The notes under the pieces: generated by a model
What the model was told of the DNA's origin: nothing
The model's input: the letters and a program-made list of their open reading frames with translations, nothing else
Databases searched by the model: none
Origin: Oligoflexia bacterium
GTDB lineage: Bacteria; Bdellovibrionota; Bdellovibrionia; JABDDW01
Reading direction: 5' to 3'
Assembly: GCA_043732305.1 (NCBI GenBank)
Contig: JAYTHU010000031.1
Span: forward strand, 4,739-68,738
Length of the DNA: 64,000 bases
Shown here: positions 30,205 to 38,675 of the stretch, piece by piece
Numbering within the stretch: the first letter of the stretch is position 1
Layout: the number at the start of each line of letters is the position of its first letter
Program-made: the position numbers and the translations under genes

Positions 30205-32106
30205 ATGACCTTATTTTTTTTAAACACAGGCGGGTTCAATGATCATCGCCGTGGAAAAAGAACTCGACCCTACCCGAAAAGCGGGAATTTTTTTCAGGAG
30301 AAAAAAAGCGGAGCCATTCTATTCGTTTTACTAACTTCGCTATGTTCGTTTCTCGTAACTGGTGCAAGTCAGGCTCAAGAAGTCACCTCATTAACCATCA
30401 GTGATGCCTGTCAGGCTATCTTGAAAACCCTAAAGGCAACGTCCAACCCGCATGAAAAAGACTCCGTCAATTACACTCCTATCAATGATCAGCAAATCGT
30501 GGATGGAGGAAAATCAATATCCAGCGTGCTTGCTGCCGCCCTGAGGGAAGATTTTCTCTCAAGTCCCAAATACATCATGCACGAACATCTCACAGAATTT
30601 TTGGAACCTGCCATGGATTTGGCTAGAGAAGTGAGCGCAAGGCAATTGGTCGGCCAAACCAGAGAAAAACCAAAAAGCATTCTAGAGATAGAAACTCATC
30701 TTTATGGAAATAAAAGTTTAACGGCGAAGATTGAGGAAGCTGAACTGGCTCTCGACAAGCTTCAGAAAAAAAGTATTTTTCGCAAAAAAGCGACAGAGGA
30801 GGTATTTAAAATTGCGAATGAAATTTTATCCTGTCGCACTGCCATTCAATCTTGCAAGCTTGATATCAAAGGGACTCTCATTCAACTGAACCACGAGTAC
30901 CGCCTGTCCCATGCTGTTGAACTTATTTTGACCGATCACTTAAAAATCCTCGAGAATCTTCAAGGACGTCACACCGAAACATCAATTCAGACAGTGATAG
31001 AAATTAAAAAAGCGGAGTTGAATAGACTGCTGGCGATTTTCAAAGCGGTTTCTACGCAGATTGAATCAGTCATTGAAGTCGGACATACCGTGGTGAAAGA
31101 TGCGGACCAGCTTTCATCCGATAGAATTTCGCAACTCGTGATCAATGCCGCCAAGCAAAGTCCTTCCTTAGATTTGACGTATCTAAATCCGGAGACTGAA
31201 GAAGAAGTACAAGAAAAACTTGATCCCGGAGTGATCTTCAAAGATCCCGCGACGGCGGCTCTGCAAAAACTGATTGACCTCACAACTTCCGATATAGGCA
31301 TACGCGAAACCCTATTGAATAAAATTTATCCTCAGATCTACACACCCTCTGGATACTCTTGGATGGTGAGGTACAAAACCCGGAAAGCCCTTGATCGAAT
31401 AAAAAATCAAATTAACATTGGCGGTAAAATCAACATCTACCTTCTTCCATCAGTGATGGAGATTCTTGTGGAATCTTTGGAAACTCTTGATGAGCCAGCA
31501 CTTTTTGCGATCTTGTTAGACCCGGACATTGACCTGCCTGGGTCTCTGCCACAGCTTTTTTCAGCAATCACTCAGCACCCTAAGGCAAAGAAAATACAAA
31601 ACATTTTGCCCAGTTTTTTAGCCGGCAAAACCAGTTGGACAAGGAGCCGTGATTTTAGTGATCAGGTGACGGAGATTTCGAATTACTCCATCGGAGATCG
31701 GTCAAAACTTGATTCACTGGAGATTCTCATACGTAAATCGACGACCATATCACAAGACGAGTTTCTGCTTTTGGCAGCGAAAACTCCTTCTAACGTTCCC
31801 TGGGGCCTCCCAACCGATGTTTACCTTAAAGGAAAACTCACCGCCTATGGTTTCGCGAAGCGAGATCTGATGGCAATACACATCAAGATAGAATTTAATA
31901 TCATTTTTGATGCTCTCGAAAAAGTCTCAATCAGAGATATTGAGTCAAAACAAAATTGGGAAAGGAAGGTCATTGGAATACTCACCACCCGGTTAAGGGC
32001 AGCCTATCCAGATGACAATTTTCCTAAAGAGGTGACGTTGGTTACGGCTTTGGACAATTTGCTCTTGAGAGCCATGCAATATTCCAGCAAAAGGTGTTAC
32101 GAGTGA
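30205..32106 (+). CDS. secreted protein, paralogue family member 6 (subgroup B-like), divergently transcribed
   Basis: DACQAILKTL, FLSSPKYIMHE, LEIETHLYG, SCRTAIQSCKLDI, NHEY, SLDLTYL. The real start is probably downstream of the annotated Met, at the signal peptide ...AILFVLLTSLCSFLVTGASQAQ. Confidence 0.55.
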   Translation: MTLFFLNTGGFNDHRRGKRTRPYPKSGNFFQEKKSGAILFVLLTSLCSFLVTGASQAQEVTSLTISDACQAILKTLKATSNPHEKDSVNYTPINDQQIVDGGKSISSVLAAALREDFLSSPKYIMHEHLTEFLEPAMDLAREVSARQLVGQTREKPKSILEIETHLYGNKSLTAKIEEAELALDKLQKKSIFRKKATEEVFKIANEILSCRTAIQSCKLDIKGTLIQLNHEYRLSHAVELILTDHLKILENLQGRHTETSIQTVIEIKKAELNRLLAIFKAVSTQIESVIEVGHTVVKDADQLSSDRISQLVINAAKQSPSLDLTYLNPETEEEVQEKLDPGVIFKDPATAALQKLIDLTTSDIGIRETLLNKIYPQIYTPSGYSWMVRYKTRKALDRIKNQINIGGKINIYLLPSVMEILVESLETLDEPALFAILLDPDIDLPGSLPQLFSAITQHPKAKKIQNILPSFLAGKTSWTRSRDFSDQVTEISNYSIGDRSKLDSLEILIRKSTTISQDEFLLLAAKTPSNVPWGLPTDVYLKGKLTAYGFAKRDLMAIHIKIEFNIIFDALEKVSIRDIESKQNWERKVIGILTTRLRAAYPDDNFPKEVTLVTALDNLLLRAMQYSSKRCYE

Positions 32107-35045
32107 AACCGAAATTTTCTGCTTCCACATTTCTAATTTTCGATTTTTTAATCTTCGCAACTCTTTTAAGCTTCGGCTTATGTTCAAGCTTAGGCTTTGG
32201 CGCCGAGCTTTTACGTTTCCCTTTCCAAGACGGAAGAAAAATTCTGGTGACTCAGGGTGATTCGGGCGTTCACGTTTCTTATGTCAGAAAAATAGATTCT
32301 TCGAATACAATCAGCAGCGCAGGCAAAGAAGTGGAAATAGAATTTCTCACTTTGCCAGAGCTAACGGGTTTTTCAGTCTTTAATAATTCCGACGTTTCAA
32401 ATCACATTCCGAAAGAAATCAAAGCTTATAAAGTTGTTCAATCCAAAAAGTCGAACTTTGAGTTTAAAAACTGGTTGATCCTATCGGATAAAACCCATGG
32501 CTATTTTATACGGCAACATAGTTTTTCTGGAAATAGCAAAATCCCTCTGGTGGTTTTTAAATTCAAAATGCCAAGCGACGTCAAAATGATTTCATCAAGT
32601 TATGGGATGGGACCGGAAGGATCGCGATTTCTATATTTTATTTCTGTCGATGGAAAAACAGCCAAAACTATGGTTTTTAGTCCAGAAGAGGGAGACCAAC
32701 CACTCAAATTAATTCCTCAATTTGTAGATCTTGGAAATATTCAGGAGCCGGTTTTCCAAATTGTTGGCGATGAAATCGTTTGGAAAGAACGATATCTGAA
32801 AAAATATAATTTCGACCTTCCTGAAATCAAAGACATTAAAACAGGGAATTCAAAAAACAATCCCATGGGTGATATTGAGAATTCTCAGGCGAATTTGCAA
32901 AACACCGCCCGCATGGCTCATGAAGCTGCCACGGAATTATCCAAACCTGCGAACCAAAGAATGAAATCCGCAGAACGGACCCAGAATTTCAATCATTCTC
33001 TTGCCACACCTGATGCTGATGTTGAATACAAAGGCCTTCATTACAAAATTGAAGAGTCACTTGAAGGAGTCGAAATTGTCAGGCTCAAAGATCTTAAAAG
33101 CCTCACTGTAAGCAAAGGAAGCTATAACTCAACTCATATTTTAGATGGCGGAATACTGAAATTTTCGGATATCTCTCGAGAAATATCTCTAGATCACTTT
33201 GATGCCGAATGTGCCTTCATGCCCACTGGAAACAATCCCCAAGAAGTAAAGTTCATGGAAGGAACTTATGAAAACTTTAGAAAGACCGGATCAATAAATC
33301 TCGTTCTTCCTGATTCGCGAAAAGAACTGGTCAGACAGGCGGTAAAACGCATGCTCGGTGAAAAGAAAAACAGCCTGCTTCTGACTGAAGGTTTTGGAGA
33401 TCGAAAGTTCATTGTTCAAAATATAGTTCAGGCCTTGCCACCCACCTGGCGCGTGCTTACGCTTTCACCGGGACCACTCTCTAAAGACATCAACTACTCG
33501 GGAAAAATTCAGGAAAACGTTTCCCATATTTTGGAAGCGGCAAAGACGACGCCTCTGGTTTTGGTGGCCGAAGACTTTCATATCTACAAAGGTTTGGGAT
33601 CTACTGGTGGCAATCAAACTGATGTGCTTGAACTGATCCGTGATGCGGTCTTGAGTGGCCAACTGCGGTTGATTGCACTCTCCGGAGAGGAATTTAACGA
33701 GCGTGTTCATGATCCTGCTTGGGACCGAGCCCTTTTTAAAATTCCCCTTACTGATTTGAGTCAGGTAGAAGTTTTTGAATTCTTAAAAAATCTTTGGGCG
33801 GTAGATGGAAAAGGACTTCCACTTCCGAGCGCCAAAACTCTAAATAAAATAATCGATGTTGCGGGGAAATTCAATGTGACTGAAGAAGACCCCGCCCGCT
33901 CCGCCGATTTCATGGCTGCATACATTTCAGAATTGAGCGAGACAACGTCTCCATCCATCGACGTGAACGATGAAGTTTCTCTTTTGAAATCAGCTAAAGA
34001 TTTCTATCGACTAGATCCTTCACTGATTGATCCAAAAATTTTATTCTCTAAAGTTCAGAACTTTATTCCTAAGGTTCGCGATTACGGTCTCATGGGGCAT
34101 GATCATGTGATTGCAGCGGCAAAAAAAATGATTGCAAACTCCCTTTCTGGCGCATCACTTGATCCCGGGCCTGGATTTATTATGTACGTGGATGGTCCAC
34201 CCGGCGTTGGAAAAACCGAAATGGCTAAGAGTTTTGCTTCGGCCATGGATTGGAACATCAAAAGAATTGTCATGCACCAGGCAATGACCTCAGACACTCT
34301 GCTTGAAAATCTTTATCGCGCACTGAAAAAAAATCCACACTCTCTGATTTTTCTCGACGAGATAGAAAAAGCATCTCCCGACACTCTCAAGGGACTTCTT
34401 CAAACCATGGACAATGAGTACTTCAACGTGGATATGGAGATTGGCGACAAACAAAAACGCACGGTGCGCGCGTCTACTAAACATGCGAAGTTTATGCTCG
34501 CTGGAAATGTACTGGGCGAAGCAATCTCCCATTGGTGGCATGATCATCCGGAATATATTAACTCTCTCACACCACCTCATATGCAATTCATAAAGGACAT
34601 GGGCGGCGAAGAACGTTTGCGGCAACTATTGATTCAAGAAGGTCTTCCGTCCCCGCTCATTGATAGGGCCTACGTGACTTATGCTTTTCCGCCGACACGA
34701 GAACAGATAAAAGGTTTCCTCACTTTTAAGATCAACCTGATGATAAAAATATTTGAAAAAAACAATGATCGAAAATTAGTCTTCACTGGTCTTGAAAAAT
34801 ACATTGAAGATGTGACTGATTTTGCTATTCGGGAAAAGCTTGGACCAAGATCCATTTTGCGCGCCACCACGGGCTCTAATGGAGATTTCGCAAGCATTCT
34901 GGCAAACCTTGCAAGCACGTACGCTGCGGCACCGGGGAGTCATGACGGGCCGGTGAAGCTTCGATTCGATGAAAAAAGAACGGATCCCACCCACGACTGC
35001 CAAAATATTTTGGCAGAAATGGAAAATGAGATCCGAGAAAACTAA
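32094..35045 (+). CDS. Clp/Hsp100-like double AAA+ protein with degenerate D1, intact D2 and novel membrane-anchored N-terminal region
   Basis: D1-like segment aligns with ClpB but has GFGDRK for Walker A GVGKT and AEDFH for Walker B DELH. D2 has GPPGVGKTEMAK, LIFLDEIEKA and a sensor-1-like MLAGN (AAA_2 type). The N-terminal 40 aa are hydrophobic and a ~400-aa unique domain follows. 13-nt overlap with the preceding paralogue. Confidence 0.65.
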   Translation: MLRVKPKFSASTFLIFDFLIFATLLSFGLCSSLGFGAELLRFPFQDGRKILVTQGDSGVHVSYVRKIDSSNTISSAGKEVEIEFLTLPELTGFSVFNNSDVSNHIPKEIKAYKVVQSKKSNFEFKNWLILSDKTHGYFIRQHSFSGNSKIPLVVFKFKMPSDVKMISSSYGMGPEGSRFLYFISVDGKTAKTMVFSPEEGDQPLKLIPQFVDLGNIQEPVFQIVGDEIVWKERYLKKYNFDLPEIKDIKTGNSKNNPMGDIENSQANLQNTARMAHEAATELSKPANQRMKSAERTQNFNHSLATPDADVEYKGLHYKIEESLEGVEIVRLKDLKSLTVSKGSYNSTHILDGGILKFSDISREISLDHFDAECAFMPTGNNPQEVKFMEGTYENFRKTGSINLVLPDSRKELVRQAVKRMLGEKKNSLLLTEGFGDRKFIVQNIVQALPPTWRVLTLSPGPLSKDINYSGKIQENVSHILEAAKTTPLVLVAEDFHIYKGLGSTGGNQTDVLELIRDAVLSGQLRLIALSGEEFNERVHDPAWDRALFKIPLTDLSQVEVFEFLKNLWAVDGKGLPLPSAKTLNKIIDVAGKFNVTEEDPARSADFMAAYISELSETTSPSIDVNDEVSLLKSAKDFYRLDPSLIDPKILFSKVQNFIPKVRDYGLMGHDHVIAAAKKMIANSLSGASLDPGPGFIMYVDGPPGVGKTEMAKSFASAMDWNIKRIVMHQAMTSDTLLENLYRALKKNPHSLIFLDEIEKASPDTLKGLLQTMDNEYFNVDMEIGDKQKRTVRASTKHAKFMLAGNVLGEAISHWWHDHPEYINSLTPPHMQFIKDMGGEERLRQLLIQEGLPSPLIDRAYVTYAFPPTREQIKGFLTFKINLMIKIFEKNNDRKLVFTGLEKYIEDVTDFAIREKLGPRSILRATTGSNGDFASILANLASTYAAAPGSHDGPVKLRFDEKRTDPTHDCQNILAEMENEIREN

Positions 35046-35053
35046 ACCTTAAA

Positions 35054-37192
35054 TTATATCTTATAGAACTTCTGGCCACCACGAGCCATCTGCAAGAGTG
35101 CTTCAGACGGTTTGAATCTCGGAGCCTTATTCTTAACAGACAATTCTTCGAGCTCATCCACAATGGCGTTTACACCAAGGCTATCGGCCCATTTAAGTAG
35201 TCCACCTCTGAAGGGCGGAAAACCTGTGCCCATTATCATGCCCAAGTCGACATCGTCAGGGCGTTCGACGATTTTTTCCTGCATACACATGGCGGCTTCA
35301 TTGATCATGGGAAACAAAACACGTTTCACCATTTCATCTGGATTGAACTTTCCGGGCGTTTTGGTAACTCCGGTGATTTCATAAATTTTAGGATCCACGT
35401 GCAACATTTTTCCAGTCGCATCGTAAAGATAAAATCCTGAACCATTTTTCTTGCCGAATTTTTTTGCATCGACAACTTTGTGCATAACAGGTGAAGGCTC
35501 CGCGCGAACTCCGAAAGCTTTAAATAAAATTTTCGCCACTTTTTCCGCAACATCGATCCCCACTTCGTCGATCAAATGCATTGGACCCATGGGCATTCCA
35601 AAATTCAATAAAGCTTTATCAATATTTTCAATGCTCTCGCCTTCACTGAATACGTAACAAGCTTCGTTCAAATAGGGCATGAGCAAACGATTGACTAAAA
35701 ATCCGGGACATTCCTTAACCACTATGGGAGTTTTTCCCATGCGTTTGGAAAGTGCAAAAATAGTTGCAGCTGCTTTGTCGCTGGTTTTTTCTCCTCTGAT
35801 CACTTCGATCAAAGGCATTTTTGCGACGGGATTGAAAAAATGCATACCCACAAAATTTTCTGGCTTCGGCAAAGCGGATGAAATTTCATTGATGCTCAAA
35901 CTCGAAGTGTTACTGGCAATAATGACATCGTCTTTGCATTGACCTGCGACTTCGGCTAAAACTTTTTTCTTCACATTTATATCTTCAACGATCGCTTCAA
36001 TCACTACGTCCAAAGTTTTGAACCCAGCAAAGTCTACTCCACCGGAAATGTGATCCATCTTTCTTTGATATTCAAACTTGTTGATTTTCTTTCGTTTGAC
36101 ATCTTTTGAAAATAAATCCGCCGCGGTTTTTATTCCTTTGGCGATAGCATCAAGATTCACATCTTTCACTCGGACCATCATGTTTTTGTCCGCAGCGAGT
36201 TGTGCAATCCCGCCCCCCATTGTGCCCGCTCCAAGAACGCCGACGTGTTCAATGGGAGAAAGATCAATTTTTTTATTTCCCGGGAGACCAGTTTGTTTTT
36301 TCACAGCCTCAGTCATGAAATAAAGAGAGATTAAATTTTTACTGACAACAGTTGCCGCCATTTCACCGAATCCATCGGACTCGATTTTCATTCCTTTGAC
36401 GAAATTTCCGCCGTAGGTTTTTTTAATGACTTCAAGTGCTTTCAAAGGCGACGGATAATGTCCACCCGTTTTAGCCATGAGAGCTTGTTTAGCTTTTGAG
36501 AAAATCACAGCTTTCGCAGGACCTTCTAAAATAACATTTACCAAACCCTTGGGTTTGAAAAACTTTCGGCGCTTGCCTTTTACAACAGCGTCTTTGGTGA
36601 ATTTCACCACCTGCTCATGCAGAAGTTCTTTAGGCACGCACAGATCTATAAGGCCGATTTTATATGCTTTGCTTCCATTCACAGATTTACCGGCAAGAAT
36701 GATATCTAAACTTTGCTGAAGTCCAATCAAACGGGGCAACCTCTGAGTTCCACCGAACCCTGGAAAAACTCCCAAATTAACTTCTGGTAAACCAATTTTG
36801 GTTGATGGGTCATCGGTCGCGATCCTATAATCACAAGCTAATATCAGTTCGCATCCGCCCCCCATGCACGCTCCGTGAACGGCCGCAATGGTAGGCATGG
36901 GAAGAGCTTCAAGCAAAGTAAAAATACTTTGGCCAAAGGCTGCCGCTTCGGCGCCTTCCTCTTTTGTTTTAAGTGCTTTAATTTCTTCTATGTCAGCACC
37001 GGCAATAAAAATATTTGGCTTTTTAGAAATGAAAACAACAGCTCTATATTTTGATTGCGCAAGTTCTTCGATCACCTGCAACAGGCGTAAAAGAACACCA
37101 CCGGTAAGTTTATTTATTTTTTCACCGGGAAGATCAAATTCAACCCATGCGGTATCACCATCAGCCTTGATAGTGATCGCCTCATTCATAGG
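35054..37192 (-). CDS. fadJ: fatty-acid oxidation complex alpha subunit (enoyl-CoA hydratase / 3-hydroxyacyl-CoA dehydrogenase)
   Basis: N-terminal crotonase domain, central NAD Rossmann (GVLGAGTMGGGIAQ) and 3HCDH C-terminal domains. Start set at the internal Met (MNEAITIK) so it no longer overlaps the upstream thiolase. Confidence 0.8.
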   Translation of the reverse strand, partial: PMNEAITIKADGDTAWVEFDLPGEKINKLTGGVLLRLLQVIEELAQSKYRAVVFISKKPNIFIAGADIEEIKALKTKEEGAEAAAFGQSIFTLLEALPMPTIAAVHGACMGGGCELILACDYRIATDDPSTKIGLPEVNLGVFPGFGGTQRLPRLIGLQQSLDIILAGKSVNGSKAYKIGLIDLCVPKELLHEQVVKFTKDAVVKGKRRKFFKPKGLVNVILEGPAKAVIFSKAKQALMAKTGGHYPSPLKALEVIKKTYGGNFVKGMKIESDGFGEMAATVVSKNLISLYFMTEAVKKQTGLPGNKKIDLSPIEHVGVLGAGTMGGGIAQLAADKNMMVRVKDVNLDAIAKGIKTAADLFSKDVKRKKINKFEYQRKMDHISGGVDFAGFKTLDVVIEAIVEDINVKKKVLAEVAGQCKDDVIIASNTSSLSINEISSALPKPENFVGMHFFNPVAKMPLIEVIRGEKTSDKAAATIFALSKRMGKTPIVVKECPGFLVNRLLMPYLNEACYVFSEGESIENIDKALLNFGMPMGPMHLIDEVGIDVAEKVAKILFKAFGVRAEPSPVMHKVVDAKKFGKKNGSGFYLYDATGKMLHVDPKIYEITGVTKTPGKFNPDEMVKRVLFPMINEAAMCMQEKIVERPDDVDLGMIMGTGFPPFRGGLLKWADSLGVNAIVDELEELSVKNKAPRFKPSEALLQMARGGQKFYKI

Positions 37193-37214
37193 CTTGATCG
37201 TGGTTTTAAATTTA

Positions 37215-38558
37215 TTAATTTTCTCGTTCGACAATGACAGCTCCACCTTGTCCTCCTCCGATGCATAATGTTGCGAGTCCAAATTGGACTGATCTTCTCT
37301 GCATTTCTTTTAATAGTGTCAAAATCAATCGAGAGCCGGTCGCTCCGACTGGATGACCAAGCGCAATCGCTCCGCCATTCACGTTCAAAATAGAATCGTC
37401 GAATTCTCCGAGCGCTTCATTCACACCCATGCGTTGCTCATAAAATTTAGCCGACGCCATAGCTCTGCGACACGCAATGACTTGCGCAGCGAAAGCTTCG
37501 TTGAGTTCAATGAGACCAATATCTTTCAATTTTAATCCAGCACGTTTCAATGCGAGTGGAGTCGCGAGTGCGGGACCAAGTCCCATGCGCTCGGGTTCCA
37601 AACCAGCAAAACCGTAAGAACGCATAACGCCCAGTGGTTTGTAGCCCATGCTCTCAGCTTTTGCTCGAGACATCATGAGCATCATGACGGCTCCGTCAGT
37701 GATGGGACAAGAGTTTCCAACAGTGATTGTTCCAAACTTTTTATCAAAAAAAGGTTTTAGTTTTGCGAGTTTTTCCATGCTGATATCTTTGCGTGGACCG
37801 ACATCTTCTTTAAGATATTTGTCAAACTTAGGAGGCAAGAAAACAGCAGTCATCTCTTCTTGAAGTCTAGCTGCTGCAGCGAGCGCTTTTTTATGCGAAT
37901 TAAAAGCGTACTCATCTTGCTCTGTGCGAGAGATCTCAAATTCTTTGGCTAAAATTTCTGCGGTCTGGCCCATGTTGATTCCACAAACAGGATCAGTCAG
38001 GCCTTGCACAAGAGCAATATTTGGTTTGTTGGGAGTTTCTGCCATTGGACCGGTAGTCATGATGTCTTTGATCTGTGCAAAATCAGATTTGATCAAATTC
38101 ATTAATGCGCCGATTCTCTGACCGCCACTCTTGGCAGAACCCAAAGCTTCAAGCGCTCTGACTTGAGTCTGACTCATCATGATGGGCATTTGTGACATGC
38201 TCTCAGTGCCGCCTGCAATAACGGTATCAACCATCCCGCTTCGAATTTTATCAAACGCTTGAGAGACTGACTCCATGGCGGAGGCACAATTGCGATGCAC
38301 ACTGTAAGCAGAAACTTCTTTGGGAATTCCTGCATTGAGCGCAATCACGCGAGAAATATTCACGGCATCTGCTGGGCTGCCAGTATTTCCGATGATCACT
38401 TCTTGAATCGTTTTCACATCAAGATTAGTTTTATTTATTAATTCTTTTAAAGCCTGACGACCAAGCTCCACAGGATGCACATTCTTAAAGTTTGCTCCCG
38501 CTTTGACAAATGGCGTTCGTACGCCTTCAACAATGACAACATCATTCGGTGATTTCAT
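37215..38558 (-). CDS. fadI: acetyl-CoA C-acyltransferase (3-ketoacyl-CoA thiolase)
   Basis: Thiolase active-site regions (NRQCASAM-like NCASAMES, GGIGQG-like CIGGGQGGA at the C-terminus). Immediately upstream of the fadJ-like gene. Confidence 0.8.
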   Translation of the reverse strand: MKSPNDVVIVEGVRTPFVKAGANFKNVHPVELGRQALKELINKTNLDVKTIQEVIIGNTGSPADAVNISRVIALNAGIPKEVSAYSVHRNCASAMESVSQAFDKIRSGMVDTVIAGGTESMSQMPIMMSQTQVRALEALGSAKSGGQRIGALMNLIKSDFAQIKDIMTTGPMAETPNKPNIALVQGLTDPVCGINMGQTAEILAKEFEISRTEQDEYAFNSHKKALAAAARLQEEMTAVFLPPKFDKYLKEDVGPRKDISMEKLAKLKPFFDKKFGTITVGNSCPITDGAVMMLMMSRAKAESMGYKPLGVMRSYGFAGLEPERMGLGPALATPLALKRAGLKLKDIGLIELNEAFAAQVIACRRAMASAKFYEQRMGVNEALGEFDDSILNVNGGAIALGHPVGATGSRLILTLLKEMQRRSVQFGLATLCIGGGQGGAVIVEREN

Positions 38559-38675
38559 CTGGGTCCTCTCAGGTAAAGGTGCAACTCAAAAGTAGCATTG
38601 ACACCCCGACCCCCACAAGTCTAATCTCTGCCTAATCTCTGGCCTAATCTTTGGTCACTATAAACAGGAGAATCC

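Noticed and set aside
32094-32230. I considered that the Clp-like protein is a genuinely exported ATPase, taking the N-terminal signal-anchor at face value.
   Set aside because: There is no ATP outside the cytoplasm. A mis-called start or inverted topology is more likely. I kept it as an open question in the findings and not as a claim.
33465-35163. Several 64-136-aa minus-strand ORFs inside and just beyond the Clp-like gene.
   Set aside because: They are embedded in a gene with strong AAA+ similarity on the plus strand and have no motifs or coupling signals, so they are shadow ORFs.
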